This document shows positions 45,981 to 57,100 of a stretch of 64,000 nt of DNA, in pieces; the stretch's first letter is position 1; each line of letters opens with the position of its first letter. Where the stretch lies: NCBI GenBank assembly GCA_950097015.1, contig CATNEN010000032.1, forward strand, positions 1,922,001 to 1,986,000, given 5' to 3'. The stretch is from Macrostomum hystrix (taxonomy: Eukaryota > Animalia > Platyhelminthes). The translations under genes and the position numbers were made by a program. The notes under the pieces were generated by a model. The model worked only from the letters and a program-made list of their open reading frames with translations, searched no databases and was not told where the DNA came from.

Positions 45981-46729
45981 TCACGACACATAGACAGGCA
46001 GAACGGACACAATTGATTGGTTGCAAATAGGACAGACTCGGCGCTTCAGGCTCCGGTAGCATTGCTGGCAGATGCAGAAGTGATGACACGGCTGCAGCAT
46101 GATGTCACGGTGGCGGTCCAGACACACGGCGCACAACAGCTCATTGTTTAGCCCATTGTCATGAGTTGTAAGCGCATCATCTGGCTTGTGTGTCTCATTG
46201 CTGCTATTGGCTGACGGAGCACCTTGGCCCTGGGCCTGTTGTGGCGGAAAATGTGAGCAATTTGTGTATGCACACTTTTCTATAAGAAAGCTAAGGTTTC
46301 ATTTACAACAAATATTTGTCCCAATTAGAAATTTACAGATAATGTGCATGGTAGATGGTACTTGTAAACTTTTATCACACCACTTCAATCAAGATTCCAA
46401 TGCTTGTAAGTAGCCAAGGCTTACATAAAATAGACAATATTAATAACCAATAGCCAATAGGCACTTACCTGCGCCTGAGGCCTTCGCGATTTTAAATAAT
46501 AGAATATGCTAACACCAGCTGACACCACTAGAACAATAGCGCCGACTATAATTCTGCCAGACATTCTGGCCTCTAAGAACTCAAATTTATTTTTGTACCA
46601 AGTTTCTCTACCTGCTAGATCATCACGCACTGAAAAAAACATTGTGAATTGATCTGCAATTAGAAATTTAACCCACAAAGATAGCATAGATATTAGCATA
46701 ATAGCACAAGCAAATAAGCAAATTTCCAT
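45981..46729 (-). CDS. Small membrane-anchored C3HC4 RING E3 ligase (RNF26/MUL1-like architecture), 2 exons, ~170 aa
   Basis: Exon 46729-46469 has two hydrophobic segments and a CAG|GTAAGT donor. Exon 46235-45981 encodes CAVCLDRHRDIMLQPCHHFCICQQCYRSLKRRVCPICNQSIVSVLPVYVS*. The RING exon is not in the ORF track. Confidence 0.8.
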
Positions 46730-48246
46730 TCTACAACTTGTATTATGCCAAAGGCTCTTCAATGGCACCAATGTACCCTATCATATTGTTGAAATAAATA
46801 AGATTATAAGTACAAGTATAATAAGTATTACTAATCAAGATAGCTAGACATAGCTACCTACTTAGCTATAACTAGGCAGTTCTAAGCTAATTATAAAACT
46901 AATTAAATGTTGTACATATAGCTAAATATAGAGCTCCAGTTATGATCAAGCAGATCATTAGAAACCAGTGAATAATTGTGAAAGATGAAAGTTGCTCAAG
47001 CAACTAAAAATATTTTTTTAAACTACTGAGAAAAAATATGCAAGGCAAAATGACCTAAACAAAAAGATGTTTAAATTGTTGCTAGAGTGCTAGACCAATT
47101 GGCATTGCAGCCAAGGGTCAAAATACCTTCACATAAGCACCACCCACCTAGTTTACCACCTTTACCTTAAACATATTTGCCAAAACATAATCAATGTAAC
47201 AATAAAAAATTAATTAACAACAATATTTTCCACTTTGTTGTTATTATATTTCACCTTATTTCCCAGTATTTCAAATCTTAGGCACACAAGCAACTTTGAT
47301 CCCAGGCACATAGGCACCTAGAAAACATTTGCCATTGTTTGGCCAACTTAAAATATATTGGTGCATCTTTGCAGTTCTGTCACAAGTATGCCAATAGACA
47401 CTATTTGCATAAACACCCATTAGATCCAATAGGGAAGGATTGTATAATGAGAGAATGCCAACTCAAATTTGGGAAATTTATCCAGATTCCTAGTATTCCT
47501 GATTCCTAGTGCACCTTTACAGTGGCTACCATTTGCTATACTTCTGTATAGCCCTAGCTCCAACTGTGCTTACTCACTAATTGATCTACCATACCAACCA
47601 CCTAGGCAATACAATCTACTTCAGTACTAACCACTTTGATAATAGCTGCTTCAGCAATATGAAAAAGAACTCTTAGTTACAGTATAACAACTTTATAGTA
47701 GCAGTAATTGTTATTAAGTTAAAACCTATTATAGCAAAATATTCTATACCAATAAATATAGTTAACAGCTTTGTGCATTTTTTTTTCTTATTTTTCACTA
47801 ATAAAAATTACATTCACATACATATTATATGTATATATGCTACATTTGTGCTTTTTTATTACTATTACTTAGTTACTATCAATTCTATTAAATCATTATA
47901 CAAACTAGGCCTATAACTATAATCAATATGTAAACAGCTTGATTTCAAAATAAATAGCAAAATACTCTTGCTTTTCAGCATCAAAGACCACATAAAATTT
48001 AATTATAACTAGATAACTAGATCAGATCATTTGCTACTAAAGTGGTTGTTACCAAAGAGGCAGTTACTTACTCAAGCAGACTGTTACCCTTGAGCCCCCA
48101 TAGCATTTGCCAATATTGGAATAAGTGGACAAATGCCCTCAGTCTGACCATCCATCAATTTTTCTGGTGTATTGTTATAGTGGAGTCAAGGCAGGTGGTG
48201 CTACAGAGAGGTCACAGCACTGAATGACATTTGGGGTTGACACCAG

Positions 48247-49707
48247 ACGTCTAATCTTACAGTACGAGAACCAGTACCAGGATCAGTACCAGGAAAAACT
48301 TTCAGCAAAATCAAAGCAAAACATTTATACAAATCGAAAGTTCGATCAACGTCACTTATACTAAAACATAAATACGCAAAAAATTGCTGCATTAGAATGA
48401 TACAATCGTACAGCATAATAAAAACGAAGCAAAGATGCGTTTTCTAACGAACTGACATAGTATGATCAAGTATGGTCCTTGAGTATGATGCTCCTGCTAC
48501 TTTTAAATATGTATATTATTTGTATTTTGCATTTCATATTTTATTGTTCGCGATGTTATTATATTATTCTATACTGTATTTGTACTGTACTTTCTCTCGC
48601 TGTGTCGCTTGTATGGAATTTTACTGTAGTCGTATTTGTTTTACAGTATGATACATTTAAATAGCGCGTGCTGTCATCGCGAACTCTTATACTGTATGCT
48701 GATTGGCTCGATATATAAATACACTTAATAATGATTGGCGGCCAGCCCGAGGGCGCTCGGTGGGTTAATTGCTCGTATTCGGCCTTGTAACCGTTGGAGT
48801 TGCGTTGTTTATAATTCAAATCGGCCACCGGCAACTTCAACGTGTTACAGAACGAACAATTAAAAAAGTAATGCTTAAAAAATTAAACAAAAAGTAAAAC
48901 CAAATAAATTACTCAGGCCTCTTAAGGAACAATTAGCCAATCTAATATACTAAAAATGAAAATCTTGCTTGCTTGCTTGCTTGCTTATATACTAAAATCA
49001 CAAAACAATAAGCACTGTGAAAAACTCTGCCAAAGCCAGTCCCAAGCCTGGTTAAAAAAAGAGGAGGGTTCACAAAAGTACAATGACAGTTATATTCATT
49101 ATTTTCGCAAGCTGACACTTCAGAGTTCAAACTATAAATATATAATTAACCGTACTGCACTTGAGCAAAGTAAAGTTCAGGGCAGGGGGCACTTGACCCC
49201 CCCACTGCTCCGAGATGCGGACTCAGAAGACTCTGAAAATTCAGACACATACTAATGGCTTATGTTTCCTCCTAGACCTAGAATTTCACGCACCTAGCTC
49301 GACTAGAAGCAGAAATGTAACTGGTAACTGCACTTGAGCATAGTAAAGTACAGGGCAGGGGGCACTTGACCCCCACTGGTCTGAGATGCGGACTCAGAAG
49401 ACTCTGAAAATTCAGACACATACTATTGGCTAATGGTTCCTTAAGAGGCCTGAGTAATTTATTTGGTTTTACATTTTTGTTTAATTTATTAATTTTTTTT
49501 AATTCGTTAGAAATCGCATCTTTACTTCGGTTTTTATTTTGCTGTACGATTGCATCATTCTAATGCAGCAATTTTTAGCGTATTTACGTTTTAGTATAGT
49601 GACGTTGATCGAACTTTCGATTTTATAAATGTTTTGCTTTGATTTTGCTGAAAGTTTTTCCTGGTACTGATCCTGGTACTGGTTCCGGTACTGGAAGTAT
49701 AGACGTG
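48247..49707. mobile_element. Non-autonomous element with long imperfect TIRs and an internal ~107-bp direct repeat
   Basis: 48265-48450 is the reverse complement of 49503-49695, and 48868-48925 of 49425-49490. Direct repeats at 49155-49262 and 49328-49433. Termini and TSD not resolved. Confidence 0.75.
48453..48849. mobile_element. Putative solo LTR (397 bp) inserted in the left TIR arm
   Basis: TG...CA ends; 4-bp TSD GAAC; absent from the right arm; internal TATAAATA. Confidence 0.55.
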
Positions 49708-50731
49708 TTTACATTACAATAATTGAAAAAATTATTTATATAGATTTTTATATTAAATTTGCTAACAAATATATAAAAAATAATCATCATTTGAAAAACT
49801 TTTTGTATGGCATAAATTGCTACATTTGTCATAAAACATATAATATAATTTGATGAGTATATAAAATATTTAGTATTCAAGTTATGCAAAAATATATATA
49901 TAAAATATAAATAAACTTTACATTTAAAGTTAAACTAGAACTCTTTTTATTTTGCTAGTTTTTCTGAACATTCTAAAAAGACAAAACACCTGAACAATTT
50001 AACAGTTTAAGTTGCTTAAAATAAACTGGCAATTATATTGTTTCTCATGCCTTCAGTTGGTTCTAACTTCTATTGTCATCACAGCACCCAATATTTGAAT
50101 TTAGTTAGTTTATTGTTTAGTTTATTGCTTGGTTTTTTACTTTGATTCTCTCTACACACTAGCTGAATAGGCCCTAATATCTGGATGACTAGGGTACCTG
50201 GACACTTCGTCATCTTACAACTTTGACATCTGGCCCAGGCAATGGCCCAGCAGCATTTGGCAACACTGGCAGAGGGTTGGGAACACCAGTATCCTGATTC
50301 AGGACTGCAATCTTTTGGGGTAGTGTATACACAGGGCATAGCATAGCAGGGGCCTGTAGAGTGTGTCCTGGGTCATTAGTACTACAGAAGCATTATACCC
50401 ACCGGAGCACTAAATGTGCATGCCAAAAGTTCATGTGAGGCAAGTTCACAATAAAAATTTGGCTGGCAACACCAATAGATGCCCAAATTTGATGGCATAT
50501 ACAACATGATCCAGAGTCCTGGACAATGGAAAATGTATATGTATATGTATACAAGCCTCAGTTAAAGGTTTGTGTTTGTTTTTCAGTTTGTTTTTAGCTG
50601 AGTTATATTGCTACTTTTTTTGCAATAAAATGAATACAAACATTACTTTGGTGTTGGTAATGTTGCCTGCTTGTATTTTAACAAAATTGCTATACTAGTA
50701 TGTAATGGCTTTGGTTGACTAGTTCTATACT

Positions 50732-51930
50732 CAGTGTTGGGCAACCTTCCGGCACTTGTAGCACTTTTTGTGCCGGAAGTTACTGTTTTTTAAAGCGGTA
50801 CTTTTTTCCGGTTCTTTTTTTGTAGTGCCGGACTAGGGTATTGGAAGTTACTTTTTGTTAAGTCTGGTACTTCCGGCTCTTTTTTAAATGCAGAGAAAAA
50901 AAAGAGAAAGAAAGTAAAGAAAACATACAAATTGAGAGAATTTTCATATCATCAGTTCATAATGTCGTAAGAAATGCAGAGAAATTTAGAATTTTATTTA
51001 GTTGGTGAATTTTAACAACTTTTTGGTTCTTTAAAAAATTAAATTTTTAAATTCGAGCAAAGCAAGCACCTCTTGCCAACGCGACACTAAACCGCCTTGT
51101 ACTACTTCGCGGCAACAGGCATTTGATGTGAATTGTGACAACATGACTGTCTATATCTAGCTTTTACACTAGTGCTAAAGCTTTCAAGTTTAAATTACGG
51201 GGGTTCCTTTTAAGAAGCATGCAAACTTTTTTTCTCAGCTGTTAACCTAGGCTAAATTGTCTAAATGTCAAAGTAGTTTTTTCAGGGCTTAAAAGGTTAT
51301 TGAATTAATAAAGTTAATTATCAGCAGGGCAGCAGCGCCACTAGAGCTACTCTTTCCACTTTTTTAGAGTTGTCACTTTATGTCATTAGTTTGTAAGACT
51401 CTAGATTTTCGAATTTTATTTTTTTACTAATCACGTTTAGTCTATTTGCGCACGCTTTATTCAAATTTAAACTTAATGTAATGTTATGGTGTAAAATATA
51501 TGCAAATCTAAATTTTTTCAGCTTTTTTAGTTGCGCAGGCCAAACTTTTGAGTGGTAATTGGTAAAGTACTGCCACAGCAAGGATTGAACCTTAGTGCTG
51601 GAAAAAGAAGCAAAAACCATAAAAATATAGGTTTTCAGAAATTCATTTTTCGTTTTCAATAATTTCATTTAATCATTTTCCACTTGGTTTTACTCTAGAC
51701 AAGTTGGCAGTTGCAAAGGCATGTTATTATTAGTTTTTTAATAATAAAAACATAATTAAGCCCTTCTTTAACACACGATTTTTCAAAAGTAGAAAGTACC
51801 GGTGCCGAAGAACCAGAAGTTACTTTTTTTTCGAGTGCCGGTACCAGAACTACTACCGGAAGTTACTTTCTTTAGAACCGGAAGTTACTTGACCGGAAGT
51901 TACTTTTTTAAAGTAACTTGCCCAACACTG
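50732..51930. mobile_element. Non-autonomous hAT-type element (1199 bp)
   Basis: TIR CAGTGTTGGGCAA / TTGCCCAACACTG; perfect 8-bp TSD TCTATACT; subterminal CCGGAAGTTACT repeats at both ends. Confidence 0.92.
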
Positions 51931-52330
51931 TCTATACTTAAGATATGTTCAGCTCATAGAAAGGATATTTAGGATTCTATGAGGATTCTCGTATCTTACT
52001 GCTGTTGAGTGTTGAACCCTATTGATTTTCTTTTAGATGTAGTTCCCTGGACCCAAATCTGTACCAGAACATCTGTTCTCATCAGCACCTGAGCACAGCT
52101 GCAGAAAGAAGGCTTTAAGCTTGATGTGCAAGTTTTGCACTATGGTGTGCTATGCAATGAAGAGTTGTGGAATTGGCATATATAATTGCTTCTCGCTGTC
52201 TGTGGTTCTACTGTAACCAAGTATCAGAGCCCACAGCCCTTACACAAACACTACTTGTTAGTATCATATTGTCAAATTTAATTATGAATTTCTAACTGCA
52301 CTTGTATTCCAGCTAAACCCAGCCGCGAAA

Positions 52331-52600
52331 ATGCCTGGCGGTAAAATGGTCTACCCCTACACCATCATGGCTATGTTCCGAAATTTTCCTTTCCGTCACA
52401 TCTGGAATGAGAGCCGCATGTTCCGCTTCATGATTTACACCTTCCCCCTGCCCACCCTGCTGGTGTTCAAGGTCCGCAAGGCCCTGGACTCCGACGAGAA
52501 CAGGCGCCAATGGAAGGAGATTCGCGCTCGTCGCCTCATCAACTTCTTTGATCCGCACGCCATCCCGGCGAACAAGATCCACTTGGACGATCATCATTGA
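52331..52600 (+). CDS. Small single-pass membrane protein, 89 aa; resembles the Drosophila Roh (CG30415)-type family (recalled, unverified)
   Basis: Very high GC3; acceptor TTCCAG| 18 nt before ATG; motif M.YPYT..A.F..FPF...W followed by one hydrophobic helix and a WKE segment. Confidence 0.8.
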   Translation: MPGGKMVYPYTIMAMFRNFPFRHIWNESRMFRFMIYTFPLPTLLVFKVRKALDSDENRRQWKEIRARRLINFFDPHAIPANKIHLDDHH

Positions 52601-52959
52601 CCACCGGAACCGTTGTTTGGAGCGGAGAGTTTAGCGACAGATTAACGATTAGAAGAACTAGAGAAACTTAGCGAAACACAGTAGACGGCAACCTTATCTA
52701 TCAAACATTCATCTCTCTGCCTTCAGTAATATGTAGCAAGCAAATCAATTCAGAATTTTCCAATTCAAATTTATATTGTAGTTTTTAACCAAGCTAGTAA
52801 ATAAACATTAGTAAAACGTTAAATAATTTCGTGTCCAATATAATGATAGGCACGTGAAACAACTAACTTAAGTTTTACATTTGAAGCCTGTCTTATTTAT
52901 CGCTAAAGATTTTTTTATTTCAATGTCTAATGTAAATACAAAAGAATACTGCAAAAGAA

Positions 52960-53360
52960 TTTGCCATTCCATCTCAGTGTTTTGTCATTCATACTCAGCC
53001 CCCATAGAATTAATCCAGCCAGTTGGCGCGGTTTAGCCCATAGACTATCGCTCTGTGCCATTCAAATCTCGGGTTTTGTCATTCAAACTCAGGCTTTATA
53101 AGCTCGGTCTCTCAAACGCAGTCCTCCAAAAGACAGCTAAATTACAAATTTCTTCCATTGCATTTGCTTAAATGGCCCAACTTACATGGAGCGCCTGGGC
53201 CACGTTGCACTGGACACTCTGACGCCTCTGAAGGCCGCAAACTGGGAGATTGCCTGGCATGGCACAGAGCGATAGTTTATGGGCCAAACCGCGCCAACTG
53301 GCTGGATTAATTCTATGGGTGCTGAGTATGAATGACAAAACACTGAGATGGAATGGCAAA
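52960..53360. mobile_element. MITE-like element with ~110-bp TIRs
   Basis: 52960-53070 is the near-perfect reverse complement of 53245-53360; no clear TSD. Confidence 0.8.
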
Positions 53361-54148
53361 AGCTATATCACTGCATACTATAACTTTTATACGAATGTGG
53401 TCCTTGAGTCTGATAACGTCTGATGGCAGCCGACAGGCCGAAGGCTACCTCACTTTAAGCTACCGCGTTAAATGAGCTTTAAAATCAACAGTGCATTGTA
53501 TATAATCATACTAGCCAAGAGCACAATAAGTCGGTGGACTTCTGCGCTGGTTGGGGAAACTTTAATATTCAAATCCTTGTACATATAAATTTCTCGGAAA
53601 TTCCAAAGTCTGAATCCGCGTTTTTAATAGCTCCATCATTTGTTAGTAACTAAGTGGCCAGATACTCTATAACGAGCTTATTGGTAAGAGCAACTGCTGA
53701 GATACAGATCCTGAGTTTTCACTTTATTATAGCAATCAAAATTCTTATTCAGCACAGCACTTGTTTGAAGTAAGAAGAACTTTTTAGACTAATACGTAAA
53801 TGTATAGTAAATGAAAATGTACATTGCACAGTTACTATGTGCATATTCGTTTAGCGGGTCCGTCTCTCAAATTTCATACCCTCTTCAGAAAAAGCTTCAA
53901 GCCCTCAAACTGATATGGAAAAATTTCTGCAGTTCTGTCATTCTTAAGTGCGCACTATGTACATTGCATTCATTCTTCGCAAATTTCGAGTCTAGACGGT
54001 GTACACTGGACTGAAAATAAATTTCCAAGAAACTTTGGCTATCCCTCGCGAGTGGGCTGGTTTACACTCGAATATATAGCAATAGCAATTCAAAAGCTTC
54101 AATGTAGAAAGTCACGCTTACTACAGACCACACTCGAAGATCTGCACC

Positions 54149-57100
54149 ATGTCTTCCTCGCTATCGACTTCTTGGACACTGCTGTGTCATCGCCTCGGTC
54201 GTCAGGACGAGTCGCAACTTCGCTCAGAGGCTTCTCAGTCCAAGGACGCCACGGATCAGGATGTTCGACGTCGACTGGCTGAGCTGTTGCCTGATGAGCG
54301 ACAGCGCCTGACGCTGCAGCCTGCCGAGGATCGAAGCCTTACTGGGGCTCACCTGCTAGCCGACTTGGGCCTGGCTCTAACACTGGATCATGTGCTCATC
54401 TCAGTGACTAATGACAGTCGCTCAGGCGCCGTTGTCGCATCGCTTAAGGCCGATGCCAACGGACGGACGCCGTTGCACTTTGCTGCCGCTGCAGGGCATT
54501 GGGACGCATGCAAGGCGCTGTTGGCTTACGGCAGGTGAGAATTAAGCAGCTCCATGATTTTCAACACAGCAATAAATTGTGTAATGTTGCTATTAGCAAT
54601 GATTTTAATGAGAATCGTAAGCCCTTGTAAGATGGTTGGATCTTTCAGTGCATTACCCATTTACTTCATTTACGCGCATTCCGGTTCCACCCCTGCAAAT
54701 ATGATCGATTAACAGTAGAAAGACCACATGGGCTATTTCATAGCCACATTTCTCATTTTTCTGAATCTCCTAAAATATTCAACCAATCGCCATGAAAATC
54801 CAGAACAAACAAGGGCCGATGAAACAACTTCCTGAATCACAAGCATCGGCATCGTCAAGATATTCAACGCTTCTCGTCGGTGTTGTAACACACTAAAAGT
54901 GGGGAACGAACCTCGCGCTGGCAGACCGAGACCGGTTTCTGGCTTGTTTGCCTTCGTCAGTCAGCCATAGCCACACGCAGTCCTCTCCCACCACTCTTAG
55001 TGTGCTCAGAAGTCTCTTTAAAGCTTGCCATTTTTATGGCGATATTTTTTAGTGTTATGTGAGAGTTTTGCAGCCAAGTCTTTGCTTTTCTACTGTTGTC
55101 AGTAGTCTGAATTGTATCTCTCACAGGAGTGTCTGGTGGCGAAAACCACCATGTTATCAAACTATATAAATAATTTTCTTCTCACAAAATTAATCATGTA
55201 ACCATGTCGGCTATCATTGTTAACTATTTTAGATTTATGAAATTGTCACAAGAATCGCTGAATATCTTGACGATGGTGACACGGACGGCTTTGAAAATAA
55301 GTTCATCGAAAAGGGCGGAAAATTTTGATCCATGTGGTGGACTTTCACGAAACTCGGTTAATTGATTTGGGAGCTATCGTGAAGGCAGTGGGTATTCGAA
55401 ATGCCCCTTGGTCCTTCCCAGGGGGGGAATGGCTCGGCCTTTCTACTGTTAAAACAAGGACAACGAGTTTCCTATGTAAATCTGTGTTCCAGCTGCTGTA
55501 TGTCTGCGGTGGACAACCGCGGTCGAACACCCCTAGACTTGGCTGTCGCAGGCGGCCACGCGAAGTGGCTAGAGGAGGCCCTTAACTTTGACGACAGCTG
55601 GCGCCAATTTTTATCGAGACACCGCGACCACAAAGGCCGGACCGCGCTGCACTGCGCCTGCCGCGCTAAAACAAATGGAGCTGAAGTTTTAGAGCTGCTG
55701 CTGCGTCGGCTGGAGGCGCCTGGCGAATTGGCGCGAGAGCGCGATGAAGTGCGTGGCTGGCCTGCTGGTTTCTACGCGGCCCGTCGCGGCGACGTCGATT
55801 GCCTGCGGCAGCTGGCCAGCCGGCTGGAGACTATGTCGCTCGGTCTACTCGCACGCGCAGACGACGGCCGTTCGCTGCTGCACGCCGCAGCTCAGGGCGG
55901 CAGCATCGACGCCTTCGAGTTTGGTGTCAGTCTGGGACTCGATCCCACTGCTGCTTCCGAGGGTGGGGACACCCCAGCGCATGATTGCGCTCGAGCTGGC
56001 CACGCCAATCTGCTACGCCGCCTGTTGAACGGCGACAGTTGTGGGGCCTTGTGTGGCGCCGCTAACCTGCTCTGTAGTCAGACGCCGCTGCACTGCGCGG
56101 CAGAATCTGACAGTGCAGAGGCTGTGCGAGCTCTAGTCGAGGCTGGGCACCCAATGGACGCTTTGGACGACTGGGGCCGGACGCCCGTCGAAACGGCCTG
56201 GTCCGCTAGCAGCTACGAAGCGGCTGCGGATGCTCGAGAGTTTAACCGCAGCAGCAAAGGAAACTCCGAAATTGCACGACTTAGTCCTGAAAAGTTCTGA
56301 AGCCATGAAAGAAAATTCGGATCTCGCCGACGAGTTGAAGTCATTAAATAATCCTGAAGAGCGCCGTCAGCTAGTTGTGGCAACGCGATGGACGTGGCTG
56401 CACAGCGGCGCACGCGGCAGCGCGAGTGGGGAATAACAGCGCCCTCAAGCAGATGCTGATGGAGGAGCCGCGCCTACTGATGGCGCTGACACCGCGTCGC
56501 GAGACGCTTCTTCACGTGGCGCTACGAGAGGGCACTGCAGCGCTGGAGGCGACAGTCGAACAGCTTCTCCAGTGGGGCGCCAGACCAGACGTTGTTGACT
56601 CTGATGGTGAAACGGCGCTCCGATTGGCAGCGCGGGGTGGACTGGATCAAGCCTTCGACGTCATCGCAGCTGCGTACGGAGGCCTTCGAGCCGCCTGCAG
56701 CCCTGGGAGCTACGAAAGCGGCAAACGCCAACGCGACGGTAGCAGCCTCCTTCATACAGCAGCCGCCGGTGGCTCGGTTAAAATCGTTAGACGCCTGCTG
56801 GCCCTTCGTCTGCCATCTTTTGATCCGTTCCTTGTGCGCGACTCCCGAGGTCGCCTTCCGGTTCGAAATTTTTCTTGTGCTTTTGGTTTATGGCTCCCTG
56901 ACTGCCGCAGCTAGCTTTTGTGGTTAAAAATTTCGTCTTTTTTTCCTTTCAGGTCCACTGGGCCGCCCGTGCCGGCTCCGCCGACTGCCTCGACTTTCTG
57001 CTGCGTCTGGAAGCTGCATCAGGTCGCGCTGCGCCGCAGCCACCGAGCCTCTATCACCTGGCCCTGCGCAGCGGCTCTGAGAAAACTGTCTCCGTGCTCG

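Noticed and set aside
53420-53455. Hammerhead-like CTGATGG-CAGCCGACAGGCC-GAAG
   Set aside because: Two invariant core positions differ and no stem I/III or cleavage triplet could be drawn.
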